In this document: piece by piece, positions 39,231-51,714 of the stretch | Position numbering within the stretch: position 1 is the stretch's first letter | Layout: each line of letters opens with the position of its first letter | Assembly (NCBI GenBank): GCA_963924565.1 | Contig: OZ004614.1 | Coordinates: 3,844,001 to 3,908,000, forward strand | Direction of reading: 5' to 3' | DNA: 64,000 bases | Origin: Ascidiella aspersa | Taxonomy: Eukaryota | Program-made: the position numbers and the translations under genes | Notes under the pieces: generated by a model | Told to the model about the DNA's origin: nothing | The model's database searches: none | The model's input: the letters and a program-made list of their open reading frames with translations, nothing else

Positions 39231-41597
39231 CATAAATCAGTTCGATTTGATGAGCAATAACTTTCTAAAATAACAACACACAATATAAAACAAGAAGTTG
39301 TTTTACATGCGAAAATTTAAATAAACAAAGTAATTTCATTCAAAAATATTGAATAACACAGCTGATTTTTTTAAGTTTATGGACAGAATAACTTTAAAGT
39401 TAGTTGTCCAAAAGACTGTCAGGTCAAGTAATTTAAAAAAAAAGACTCCAGTGATATCAATTCACATCTAACTTAAGTCATTATATTGATTCTTACATAT
39501 TTATGCGCTCCTTGTTATTATAACTTTGACAACTCATCCTGTTAGAGGCGAAATACCACATAGGTTGTGGCTTTAGCTTTTCTACTGAGGCAAAACATTC
39601 ACGGTAGAATTTCTATTATTTACGTGTCTACATGAAAATTTTGCGACAATCAAGTAATCGTTCCACATGATTTATTTAAAATCAACGGATGACTGGTACG
39701 TTTTATGTTGAAAATCCAAAGAGATGTGAAAATCCAAGGAGATTTAAACCAATGAGTGGAAAGTTGAGAAAAATGTCGAATTTGTTTGGTCGTCTGTAAC
39801 GCTCTAATGAAGTCTCTTTGAGTATACTTTATAAGTTGTAAGTCTTCCCATTTAAGTAAAAGTCGCGGGCCAAAACCAACCTAAAGTAGGTCTCCGCGGG
39901 CCGTTATATGTTAGCTGTGTATACTTTACTCATCTTATTAAAACGTCAACGACATTTAATCAGGGATAAAACTAGGGTGTTTTGCGATTTACACTCGATG
40001 GCGGAACAAAATTATCAAAGCGCAAAATATTATTTGCTTTTTCGTAGTTGAATCAGCCAAAAATATGAAGAATGGCCTCGCGCCCAGTTTGTAAAATTGG
40101 TCGCGGGCCGGATGATTTGCGTTGGTGGGCCGTAAGTTGCCCACCCCTGATATATATAATGGTAGGCCTATAAGTTTTTGTTAAAAGTAACAGCAACACA
40201 GGCTAAGATGGAGCGAGTCCAGAAAGTCAACAAAAATTCAAATAAATAGAAACTTTAAAGTTCTTATACATCTAACGATTAAACCGATTTCCCACAATTA
40301 CGACATCTGAGCAAAATTGTGCGGATAAACCTGATAAACAACGTTTATGATTTCAATTTTTGTTAAGTAAAATAATTTGTTTTGAAATCAGGTGGTACCT
40401 ATAACCACTTTTGTTGTTCAGCAAATAACCACTTTTGTTGTCATCCAGGAAATGTTAGGAATCACTGTTTTAGGAGATCTTTAAATCCAAGATTTGCTGA
40501 ATTTTGAACAAAAAAATAAATATATTGTTCAAGGATTTGTTTAAATCAGTGTTTTATTGCCCGAACGAATTTGTCATTTTGCTGACGTCAACTTCTCATC
40601 CCGCGATTGCTGTCGATCATTCTCGCTTATGTGACATCACCAATATCATTTCCAATTAAAAAGTCAAGTGCCGTCGAAAAAATAGATTAGAGTTCAAACA
40701 CGCGCAAACAAATCACGAAAAGTAGAAGTGGTGTAAAAAAAGCTCTAAATAGCCGAAACAAGCACAAACATTAAATTGACAAAATTTGCCAGGTGTCGTT
40801 TAAAGTAAATTGATAAATAGGTTGGCTAGGCCGCTAGGGTTAAAATAAAGTTCCTCTATGAGAAGCTGTGTAGTAGTTCCGATGGTGATTCAATTTTTGA
40901 AGCGCTAAATCGATTTGACGCGAAATAAAAGTTGGAGGCAACTTTAGAAATTATATATGCATAGGTATGTCATAGCAGTTATATCTACTAACGATAAAAC
41001 GGCTCCATTCAGGCCCGAATTCAGCTCCGAATCCTATTGATTTGCCAAATAAAAAAATAATCGCATTTTTGGGCACCACAGAAAACAAAAATGGATTCCA
41101 ATTTAGTCTTAACCAAATAGGATTGTGACTATTTTGTTTTAGCTAATACCCATCTATCGCAACTAATATGCAACTATTCCCTACTAGGTGTGTTATAATT
41201 CTCAACACCCCACAACAAGTGGCGGTAAATTCTCCCCCTATGAGGGTTCACGTTTATGATTTAGAGTTTGCCGACACATCGGTTCAAAACTTGCTACTGT
41301 GCAAACGCACGTCGAACTAAGGACTCGGGAAGTCTTACTCGATTCCCGATTCCGGCACCGACCAACACTTTATACGAATCATTTCGTTTTCAGATGGTAA
41401 TTTGTTAAACAAGAGAAAGAGACTTTTTAACAATATGCAATCGTTTACGTTTCAATCACACGCGAAAATAACAGTGACCATGCAATAAAAACGAAATAGA
41501 ACACATACACTAACTGTCGTAAAACTCATTTTTCTTTAAAACAGAACAGCAACGAATTATTTCATAAACTATATAAGTGCACTCCAAAGTTATTAAT

Positions 41598-44500
41598 CTA
41601 CAAGTGGCCTTCTAACATAATTACAATAATCAATAGACACGATACGAATAGAATGATACATATTATAAACACCTATTCAAAACTTTTTTTATAGGTTCGG
41701 TGGACACATTGACTTGAATTTTTTAGAAAAAAATAAAATCTCTAGGCAGTTAGAGCAAAGCAAGGCGTTGCATATTTTCAGTTGAATTTCGTAGAATTTT
41801 CTTGAAATAACAACACCAAAGTCAATCTTGAATTTCAGTAAGTTCTGAAACTAAAATAGAATAGTTTGGTTGATTTACTTGTTTGATCCTTATTTATTTG
41901 GAACGGAATACAATGCCTCCTAGGCCCTAGGGGTTCTAATAAAGGCAAGTTTATCAAATGTATGAATATCAATCTGACGTGAACTATACAAAATACAGTA
42001 TAATAAATATAAGTCATTCTGGTATAATTTTATTCTCGTATAATTTATTCTACTATGCCTGGTAGCAACAGCATATTTACTAAATGCAGCAGTGTGCTTC
42101 CAATAGGTTACTTGTCACCATTACTATTCTATGACAATTAATGCTTTTAGGGTATAAGGATAAATATTTTCACCTTCTTGGATCTTAATAAGACGTTTAT
42201 TCACTGGTGCATAGAAAATTGCCGACTCTTTACTTTGCAGAGGTACTATTTCTTTCACAATGCCGTGCACCAGCCATTTCCTTCGCTCGTAGCAAACAAT
42301 GGATCCACCCTTGCAGGTCTGGATTAAGTAAAACACAGCTCATAGGATTAAGTAAAATACAGCTCATAAATTTACTAAAAAGGATATTCGTGACATCGAA
42401 ACACGTTGTTTGACTTTCAAATACATTTTCTAACTTTCAAACAAACACAAAACAATTGAAAGCAAGTCGTTGAACGACAGTTTAAGACTACTAAAAATGA
42501 TCAAGATTGACAAGTTAGAAATATATAAATCTCACAACTGATTTAGAGCAATAAAACTAGGTATATTTAAGATTTAGAACGTGTCAAACAGGCTATTTTG
42601 TGGAATCGAAACACGGCATTTGACTTTTATTAACATTTTAAAGGCTAAAAGCAGGTTTTTGAAGGACAGCTTTACACTATAAGCAATGAACAACAATGAC
42701 GTGTTAGAAATATATAAATCTAACTATTTTTTGCACATAAATGATTTAGACGAAATAAACTAAGTAGGCTACCTATATTTAAGCTTAAGATTTCTTAAAA
42801 GTCTATGCACAATAAAAATATGGGTGAAACGACGTAGCACTCAATTAACTTGTAAATAGTTCTTCAATTAAATAGTTCTTTGTTACCTTTGGTATATTAA
42901 CTCCCTTGCTGGTTACCGCACACCAAAGTCCTACATGCGGTTTGTAATCAAGGTGTTCAGTGACATTGGCCATTTCTGATTGATTGATCATTTTCAGCGC
43001 CGCGGCGCCCTTTTGTGGCGAAAAACGTCCGGTTTGGTCTGTGAAAGCAAAATAAGTGAAACACAACAGCATTACAGATTGATGTTTTGCGTGTAGGCGT
43101 GTAGCTTAGTGCTTGGTGCCTTAAACTCTATAGTTGTAAAAATGTTTATTGTTTTGGAAGAGTTATGCAACTTATTAGCGGCTATTCGATGTTTTACAAA
43201 CTGACGATAATTAGCGATTTCGTTATTTGAAAAAATGATCAATCTGTCTCGTTTTATTGCTCAATAACCTATCGGAAATTTAAAAATGGATAAAAATATT
43301 GTCCTGAAAACTAATCTCCTACGCGTGTGAAAAATCTCATTGTCGTCAACTTAATGAACTACGTCACATCTTCACGAAGAGAGAAAAAGTTATACTTAAA
43401 CCTGCAATATTCCAGCCAGCAATGTAGCAGTTTGACTTTTTTCCGTTCTTGACCCTTGAACCCTTCGAAAACTCCCTGACAGGAACGGTGACGTCACTTA
43501 TACACGCTGACGTGACGTAAGGAGTGACGGTAAGTTTGCGTTCCAAGGTCATCACCGCGAACCCGGAATCGCCATTTTTGCTGTCGTCCGCGGTTCTTAA
43601 AAGCAATAAAAGTACTTTTGAGCTGCTGCAAACAGGGCTACATGCGGAGTCGGTTTATTTTTCTGGAGTCGGATTCGGGACTTGAGTTAGACCACGTAAA
43701 GTACCCGAGTCCGACGTGCGCATGCGCAGTAGCAAATTTCGAAATTAATATGGCCGCCAACTGTAAATTGTAATGGCGGGATAGAAAATAGTGTGATATT
43801 TTCCAACCACTTATTGTAGGTGGATGAGTTATATGACACCCACATGAGTGGATTGCTGAAAATCCACCTTATTTTAGTTACGAAATGGGTAAAATACAGG
43901 CTGTGGAGTCGCAACCGGACTCGGGACTCGACGAAATTGTACATTTTGCCGGATTTGGAATTGGGACTCGGGTTATTTGTAACCGACTCAGTAGCACTTG
44001 TTTCAATCGCGTGTTTCAACAGCGAAAAGCAAGCACGTCAAGGTTATTTGCAAATATTTTTCTATTACAAACCAGTCCGAAAGTATAGTTCTAAGTTCAA
44101 TTTGTTATCAAAGCAATACAGATACGTTTTGTGGGTTAATCTATTGATGCATATCAAGTAATTTCCCTTTGGCATATCGCTTTATTAAACTTTGTTTCAG
44201 TAGTTTAAATAAACACTCAAACACAATCCGCTTTTGATAAAAAAGTTACATTTCTTAATCAACTGAATGAAATGTTCACAAGTCAGCTGGTTTAGAGGCT
44301 GTTTAAGAAAAAGTTTTTTTTTTGCAAAAACTGGCATTCGTTTTCTTCGTTCTTGAGAAAGTTGTTTGAATTAAAAATACTAGCAAATAATAGACAATGT
44401 TCTTGCGTCTCTTACCGATATACCTTTTTGACCGCAATCCTCTGTTCCGGGGATTCTCTCATCGTCATAACGTGTTTGCCAACGTACACCACAATTCCAT

Positions 44501-47500
44501 TGCTGAACACAAAATGCAGTTTTATTTCTCGCGAAATCAGTACAACTCAACATAGTTTAAAGGTTAAACAAAAAGCCGAACTTGTACAAATACAGCTCAG
44601 TCATACTCCCATACCTTCGAAAATCCCTCACGCAATCCCATGACGTCACGATATGCGTTAATGACGTTATGGTCCCCTGGCAAATGATCCCGTAGGTCCT
44701 ATTGGTCAGTTGGTCGGTTGTTACCATGGCAACCCACGGCCAGTAGCCCTCGTTTTGGCTCCTTATGACTGCGACCGAATTCTGCATAAAGCATAATGAC
44801 GTTTGCTTTGATATAGTTAGGAGGTTGTTTTACTTGGTAACATTTTACCGCCTTTTGTTCCACTCTTGTGAAGATATTATATTTTGTTTGCGGTGTATCC
44901 GTTTTAAAACAGATTTTTTTTCTTTTGTTCTAATTTTTTTTGTTTAAGCCTAAGTTTTTGGTTTCTGCTAATCTGTTAAAACTATTGGCCTTGATTAAAA
45001 ATGTGGCAGCTAACAACTTTGACGGTTTGATTTTTTATTGATGTATTGTATGATTTGGGGATATGATAGACTGATAGATGAAGGATTCCAGCGCAAAAAA
45101 ATCAACATCGATATGTAGTTTTTCATTCAAAGTATTGTTAGTTCTGTAAGATCTAAACAGATTGCTGATTATCACAAGTACTAGAGGCAGCATTAAGCGA
45201 AGTTGACTACACAACCTTGGTATTTGGTTCCGGTAAGGAGGACATTGCACACCCAATGTCTTCTTCTTTGTCTTCAAACCCTTTTCCGTGACCGCCCTCT
45301 GTAAAATAATGAGTTGAAGCTTAAAGTTATTGATTAGGGCAGGCTGATGAGGATATTTTAATGGCGTTAATTTATCATAGAAAAGCATAAACAATGCATG
45401 AAATTCGAAGACACCTAACTTGTTTTTGTTTATCCAATAATCTAGAGTTATGCCATTATGTAACTTTGTTTGTACTTAGATAAATCAAACACCATACGTC
45501 ATTAATTTTGTCATATGTATGGAAAAGTTAAATTGAGGTTTTCGTCATATATATATTTAAGAAGCAGTGACAATAAAGAGATGTTGCTGCCATCAACATT
45601 GTTTGTTTTATGGCCTGATATTTAAATTAACCAAAAAATGAAATTGTCCCTTTAATATTTAAAAAGTTTGTAAATCTTATATCAAACGAGAATTTTAAAG
45701 TTATACTACAATTCTAGTTTTAACCAATTTGTTAATGCAGAACACATATTCAATAAAGTCGATATTGCGCTGTTTACAAACGTTTTGTTTTTGTTATCGT
45801 TACTTTTTTACACTGATGTTAGCTGTATTACAGGAACTTTGGAAACAGCGGAATGTCGATTTTATCGAATATAGTTCATTTCTTATTTTGACAAATTCAA
45901 TGAAGCAGAACAAAATTACCCTTACCACCAGACGTCCAGCGAAACGTGAAACCACGTGACATTACATTTTCTTGTGCGTAATAAACCAGCACCAATGAAT
46001 TTCCGCTTGCGCTGAAGAAGTTATCATCTAAGCGATGGTGGCCGCACATTTTTTTGACGTTCAACTAAAATAAATTGCGAGCATTTTTTTTTGTGTTTTG
46101 CAAAATCAAACACGACCCTGGCACGATCATGAATGTATCAAAAAACTTTATGTTAATTGCTTTAAAGCGATTTGTTAACCAGAGGGGTGCTCAACTGTTC
46201 CAAGGGGATGCGGGGATGCTAGATTGGGAAGAAAAAATGTGTTACTGTAATTCACTTCTTCGCTCAGTTAAAAATAAGCCTAACTCACATTTAGGTATTT
46301 TGTTACTGTGCTATAAGTTACACAAATTACAATGGTTTTGTTATTTAAGCAATTCTAGAAAGGGGTTTACAAGGTGTGCGAGAATTAGTTCTGGTGATTT
46401 ATATATTTCAGAACGTCAGTTTTACATTTAAATTTCTACCAACACCCAATTTTAAGTAGGTAAATTTTTTTTGAAAAGATGACAATTTTTTTTTGAAGTT
46501 TATTGAAATTTTTAAATAAATCTTTGTTACTATTTTTGTTTAAATTTCTACCAACATCCGAGATAAAATTTGAGGAAAACATTCGTTTGAAACCTTTTTC
46601 ACAAACGTAGTCTTCCTGTCAAAAATGTCCACGTAAGCGAAGCGGCATCCGTTCGACGTCGGTAGGTCAAAGTGATCGAAGGTGGAAGTCAGGTTCTGAA
46701 GATAAACAATGCATTTCAATAAAATTGGACAACAAACTTATATATACATCCTAGGACAGCCTAAAATGACTAGTTATACCAAATGTCGTTTTTTTCGCGC
46801 ATTGGCAACATACAAGTTAAGTTAAATTAGGAGCTAACTGTAATTGGTTAATCAGTTAAGGATTCCGTGTGATGTGATTTAAGACAATGACCTCACTTAA
46901 GTGCACTAAAAGTGATTGGAGTTAAAAGTCAGATTCTGAATAAAATCAATTCGTTTTAAGGAAATGAACAACTAAAATCTTACAGCCGAGAAATATCAAA
47001 TGTCGTACAAAAAAAATCGCGCATTTCCAACATACTATAAAACATTTTAACTAAAACCAACTAGCAGCTAACAAAAATCAGTTGATTAAATAACAGTTTT
47101 ATGAAGCCGGGCTAAAAATTAATTTGCAATGAGGTTTAAACTCAAAATCTCTGCCATACCCCGGGACACATAATTTGTGATTTATTGCTTTCGCTAATTT
47201 AATGTAGTGCTCCGTTGGCAAATATTTCTTTTGCAAACTAAATTATTTGTTTTATCCTCTTGCAAGAATGCACAACTAGTCGAACGAAACCACTCCTGTT
47301 TTTTCTTCTCAAAATGATTATTGTCTACAAATCGTTTCTTTTTAATTAGCCAAAACAAAAGGTAGTCGAGTAAGGGTTCTTAAACTGGGGTCCATGGACC
47401 CCTTAGGGGACCGTGGACTAGTTTTGGGGGGGTCCATGAAGGTCTAATTGAAATATTAGTGTATATTTAGGAAGTAATCAATTTATCAAACAAAACTGTT

Positions 47501-49063
47501 TATTTAAAAACAAAACGGTTTTGCACTGAAACTCTCCATTTCACTTTCACATTTTTTGGACCGAATTCAGCAGATTTAAGAAGTCTATTTGTATTGTGAC
47601 GTAAATTTTTAACGTCATTTTGCCTACCGTGGTCCACGCGAGCCCCCAAAAATTTTAGGGGTCGGCGGTAAAAAAGTTTAAGAACCCCTGTAGTAGCGTA
47701 TACTATGGACGGATCTGTTATGTAGCTTGAGAATAAATTGCAAAGCCAAAACAATCGAGTAGATCGACATCATCTTGATTTCGTATCGAAACGTACTTGG
47801 CCATGTTTAGTTAATGTTACTGAGAAGTAGTTCAAGCATCACTTATAAATGGTGGGACGCAATTGTTATCATTCTGAGTTTTTGCGCCACACCTTTTAAA
47901 AGTTATGGATGAATTACTCTCAATTTACATCAACTAAAGATGATACAAGCTCATATCTAAACGCCTTAATCAAAATGGTAGTAAGTTTGAAAAAAAAACA
48001 GTTATGTCTTACTAATGTTTTATACCGAAAGGTCTCAACGTTTGTTGATTCGTACAGACAAGGAGCTCAAGTTTATTATTCTATAACAAGCTCGGTCGTA
48101 ATTCCACAAGATACCATACCGTGTTTGCAGGGGTGGAAATCAACCATTCGTGTCTCACGATGTCCGTACTCCATGCAACTGTACCGGGTGAGCGAATCGT
48201 ACCACTGTGTTCGTTTCTCACGTGCTTTTTGACGCCTGCGATTTAAAACGTTTTAGCAAAGCTCAGTCCGTCATGTTTAAAAGAGTTAAAAAAAAAAATT
48301 GGTAAAATTTAAGTTAAATCAACTTTAGACGCTTGGCACGAAGGGATTGCTTACTTCCAGGGTGCTTATTTTTTTAGTATTCGCAATAACCTGATGTTTT
48401 CACTTTAGACAAGAAATAACAAAAAATATTTTGTTTATTTTACAGTTCATTTTTCAACTGGAATAACAGTGATTTAAAGTTAACTCAAATGGCAATATAT
48501 TTGTTTCCAATCAATTTAACATTTTACATATCAGTCAACAATATTAAAAAGAGGCTACAAGAACTTACATTGCGATTGATGGGCCTTCGGAAAGCAATTA
48601 ATGAAACAAATACGTTTTAGCAAAAAAACTAACAGCAAGCATTATGGGTGTTTTTGTTGTCATTAAATTAAAAAGATAAGCAAAATCAACTGAAGCAAAA
48701 ACGAAAATTCAGTGCACCTTACCACTACGTTAATATTAATTTAACTAAGCTGTGATTTAAAATTGTAAATAAACAAAAATCGTAAATAAGATTTATACAA
48801 ATCTTAGCTGCTTTATCTTAAAGCAGAATAATGCAAGTACTAAAATGGCGGCCAGTTCTGGTAAAAGCTTTGATTTAAATGCATGGGAAAAGGCAGAGAG
48901 CGTTAAAACAGGAATAGATCCGCAAAAAAAGTTACAAAGCTCCATCAATTTAAACTGTTAAGTACTCACCAACGGTCGTGGCGGCGACGGTTTGATATAG
49001 GCAAACAGAAGCTACACAAAAACACAGTAAAAACGCCTTAAACAAAGTCATAGTTACAAACAT
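41598..49063 (-). CDS. Secreted CUB-domain serine protease homologue (catalytically inactive), ~430 aa; exons 49063-48970, 48235-48120, 46695-46594, 46064-45926, 45298-45216, 44781-44615, 44502-44416, 43595-43402, 43038-42887, 42318-42174, and uncertain last exon 41611-41598 (alternatively read-through to the stop at 42124)
   Basis: Signal peptide MTLFKAFLLCFCVASVCLYQTVAA. CUB motifs SGTIRSPG, FDHFDLP..GCRFAYVDIFD, MCG..SGNSLVLVYY..RGFTFRW. S1-fold motifs NEGYWPWVAM, ICQGT, TPYVTSAC, CYIAGWN, GGSIVC..WLVHGIV. Triad positions read TSWDC, SGFAVM and TCKGG. The frame is open through all exons. Confidence 0.85.
43633..44000. mobile_element. Putative MITE with ggagtcgg/gactcg subterminal repeats
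   Basis: Begins cagggct. Internal ggatgagttatatgacacc..agtggattgct..aatacaggctgt is shared with a copy at ~38200-38400 in YIPF6 intron 1. Confidence 0.7.
47371..47690. mobile_element. hAT MITE, same family as 19766-20096
   Basis: Shares ggttcttaaactggggtccatggacccc, internal sequence and the right end agtttaagaacccctg. TSD is degenerate. Confidence 0.85.
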
Positions 49064-49137
49064 AGAGGATCTGTGAAGAAAGGTCAGAATATACGACTGT
49101 TGATAAACCCCAAATGGCTTGATGTTTGTCTGCCAAA

Positions 49138-49515
49138 CAAAGTGGTGACTGTCGCAATCACACTCAACCAACAACCTGGGTTCTCCCCTCAGGTGGGTGC
49201 CTATCGGGTTTTCCCCAATAAGCGACACCTGAGAATTTTAATCCAGGCAAAGCGGTGACTGGCGCTGTGATTTTATGTGGCACATGCCTTATCATGCCTG
49301 TTAACATTTTTGGCGATATTTCAAATAATGGATTTTGGCTGTAAGCCTATGAACCGAGTGTTCTTCTAATAGTAAGATATAAATTATAAAAATTATTGGC
49401 ATTTAACTGTTATTGCATAACAAAGCGGTGAATGTCGCAATCACCTTCATAAAACAACCTGGGTTTTCACCTTGGGTGTATGCCTATCGGGTTTTCTCCT
49501 ACAAGCGGCACCTGA
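49138..49515. promoter_or_regulatory. Duplicated ~95-bp module upstream of the pseudo-protease, with Rel/Dorsal-type and E-box motifs
   Basis: Copies at ~49138-49232 and ~49421-49515. GGGTTTTCCC at 49206-49215, GGGTTCTCCC at 49178-49187, and CAGGTG/CACCTG E-boxes. Function is inferred. Confidence 0.4.
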
Positions 49516-49899
49516 TTTTTTTAACCGTGACGACTAGGTTGAAAAGAGAAACATTTGGACATCACTTAATAATGCAAACATCGCGAAGTTTATTTTTTTG
49601 CCAATTGCCAGAGGAACCTGTTTTAAATATACTACGCCTGGTAGCAACAGCATATTTATCGCGAAGTTTAGTTAGTTAAACATCATGGAGGTATTTCAAA
49701 TTAAAAACGACCAATATCGTTCCACATAATGTTCTTTAGAAAGTGGTGGATCTAAACCAACGTTTTCAAGCATTCATTGCATCCTAAAACACCATGTCCC
49801 TAAAGGAAAAAAGTGGTTGTTGTTGGGTAAAGTTTCGAATTAAAGCCTATTTATTTTTAGCACAGTTAGATGCAGGCATATTTAGCTTAGATGCTAGAG

Positions 49900-50390
49900 C
49901 AGTGGTTCTCAAACTTTTTTAAGCGCGACCCAAATCTGAGTTTTATGAGCATCTCACGACCCAAGTCTCAAACATCAAAAAATGTACTTTTTCTGATATG
50001 CATGAAATAGAAAAAAGACACAGACAACCATGAAACAATGATTGATTACAAACAGTGATTGATTTATTTTAGTGTGATTGGTGAAACTGAATTTTTTCAT
50101 TTATAATATCAGTGTGGCTTTTTTGAGCTTACACCAGTCTTAGCAGCTACTGTAGCTGGCTGCCATCAAAACGTTCATAAAACCACTTATGATGCAATAA
50201 TCCAGGTTACAGATTTGAAGCCACGTGAAAAGCTTATAATGCAACAATTCAGTCATAATTGAATTGAAAATATTCTAAAAATGAAATGAAAAAAGTTCGT
50301 TTGCGCAAGATTGAGCCACCCTTGAGCGACCCATTTTTTGACCCTGTGCGACCCATGTTTGGGTGGCGACCCATACTTTTTTTTTTTAAT
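49900..50390. mobile_element. hAT-type MITE with a degenerate right end
   Basis: Starts cagtggttctcaaact. Subterminal gcgaccca repeats at both ends. Confidence 0.65.
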
Positions 50391-50826
50391 TATGTAGCCT
50401 AGCAATTACCCTACCGCAAGGCAATATGTAAAGACCTTTTTTTAAATTAAATCGGTAATCGAAGTCTATACAGAAGTAGATAGCATTTTGAACGTTTCGA
50501 AAAACTCTTTGAAGGTTAAAAATGACACCCACTTCTGTATGGGCTTTGATATTCTTACTACGTCTTACTCCAACAATTATGCTCCAAAATCGGTTAATAG
50601 TTACGCATTTCAAATTTTGCATTCTGCATGCCTACGAGTTGATTATTTTCCGAAATTATCAATAGTTCTGCTTCTGCGGAACACTTTAGCTCACACTTTA
50701 ATATAATTAATCACTCGAATACACTACTGGTGCAAGACACAGCGGTATACCTTATTCTATTTCTTATTTACATACGAAACACTGTTGGATTTGCACTGAG
50801 CTTCATCACACAATTTCTTTTTATGT

Positions 50827-51714
50827 TCTAGCGGAACCATACTATGACGCAACAGTGTGGCATTCAGATGGCGAAACTCTTTCAAACGTCACAATAGGCT
50901 TTCACCGGTCGACCTTCGGCGCGTGGTGTTTACCCAAACTAGAATGGAATGCAGATTATGTGACAAGCTCCTACACCAGGGATGTCCAACCAGCGGCGGT
51001 TGAAATTTGTTTGCGGCAAAGTACCATTTTAAACGTTCAATTAGCCTAATTAAAATGTACCAGTCAGCCTTTAGGGGCGCAATAATAGTATAGTATGGGT
51101 AAAAAAAATATATATGTAACTCTAAAGGTCCGTTATAACTCTAAAGGCCAATACTTAATCTTGAAACGTAATAGGTTCTGCGGCCTATTAAATTATTTCA
51201 AGTGTTAATGCGGCCCACTATAATAAAATGTTGGAAATCCCTGTCCTACAAACATGTACGACTGAATATGTTTTAATGCAACTCTATTGACCCTTGCAAG
51301 ATAAATGTCGACCTTAATTCCTGATCAGTAAGCAGAATACTCTAGCAAACCTAGTAATTCAAGTCAGACACAATTAAATGATTTTAAAAGATATAGATAT
51401 ATTTCGACAGCAAAGGCGTCGTTTGTTTATCTTAGCTAGAATAAATCAAATATCTTTTAAAATCTTCTTTGCTAGAGTGTTTTGCTGTTACTGATCAGGG
51501 ATTAAGTTCGACATTTATCTTGCAAGGGTCAAGGTGATTTCCATTATCCCATATTCAGTGCAATGTGTGTGGGAGCTTTTGTACACCAAATCTGCATTCT
51601 AGACAGTTTGGGTAAACAACACCTGCTGAAATTAGACTAGTGAAAACGTATTGTGACGTTTAAAAGAGTTTCGCCATTTGATTGCCACACTGTTGCGTAA
51701 GAGTCTCTGCTAGA
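50827..51714. repeat. Long imperfect inverted repeat (arms ~50827-51394 and ~51450-51714) between the two divergent CUB-protease genes
   Basis: Blocks acgcaacagtgtggca, atggcgaaactcttt, aaacgtcacaata, tgtttacccaaact, ttgacccttgcaagataaatgtcga, ctgatcagtaa and gattttaaaagatat recur as reverse complements in mirror order. Confidence 0.92.
50977..51243. mobile_element. hAT-type MITE inserted in the left arm of the palindrome
   Basis: TIR cagggatgtccaac / gttggaaatccctg (13/14). TSD tcctacac / tcctacaa. Absent from the right arm. Confidence 0.85.

Noticed and set aside
48569-48628. Possible 60-nt (or 16-nt) extra exon in the pseudo-protease gene, with a gtaagt donor
   Set aside because: Exon 1 already joins the CUB exon in frame. 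The 16-nt form would shift the frame, and the 60-nt form looks intronic. cDNA is needed.
48845-48961. 38-codon + strand ORF with a good Kozak context (MAASSGKSF...)
   Set aside because: Short, antisense within an intron and unsupported. Expected by chance.
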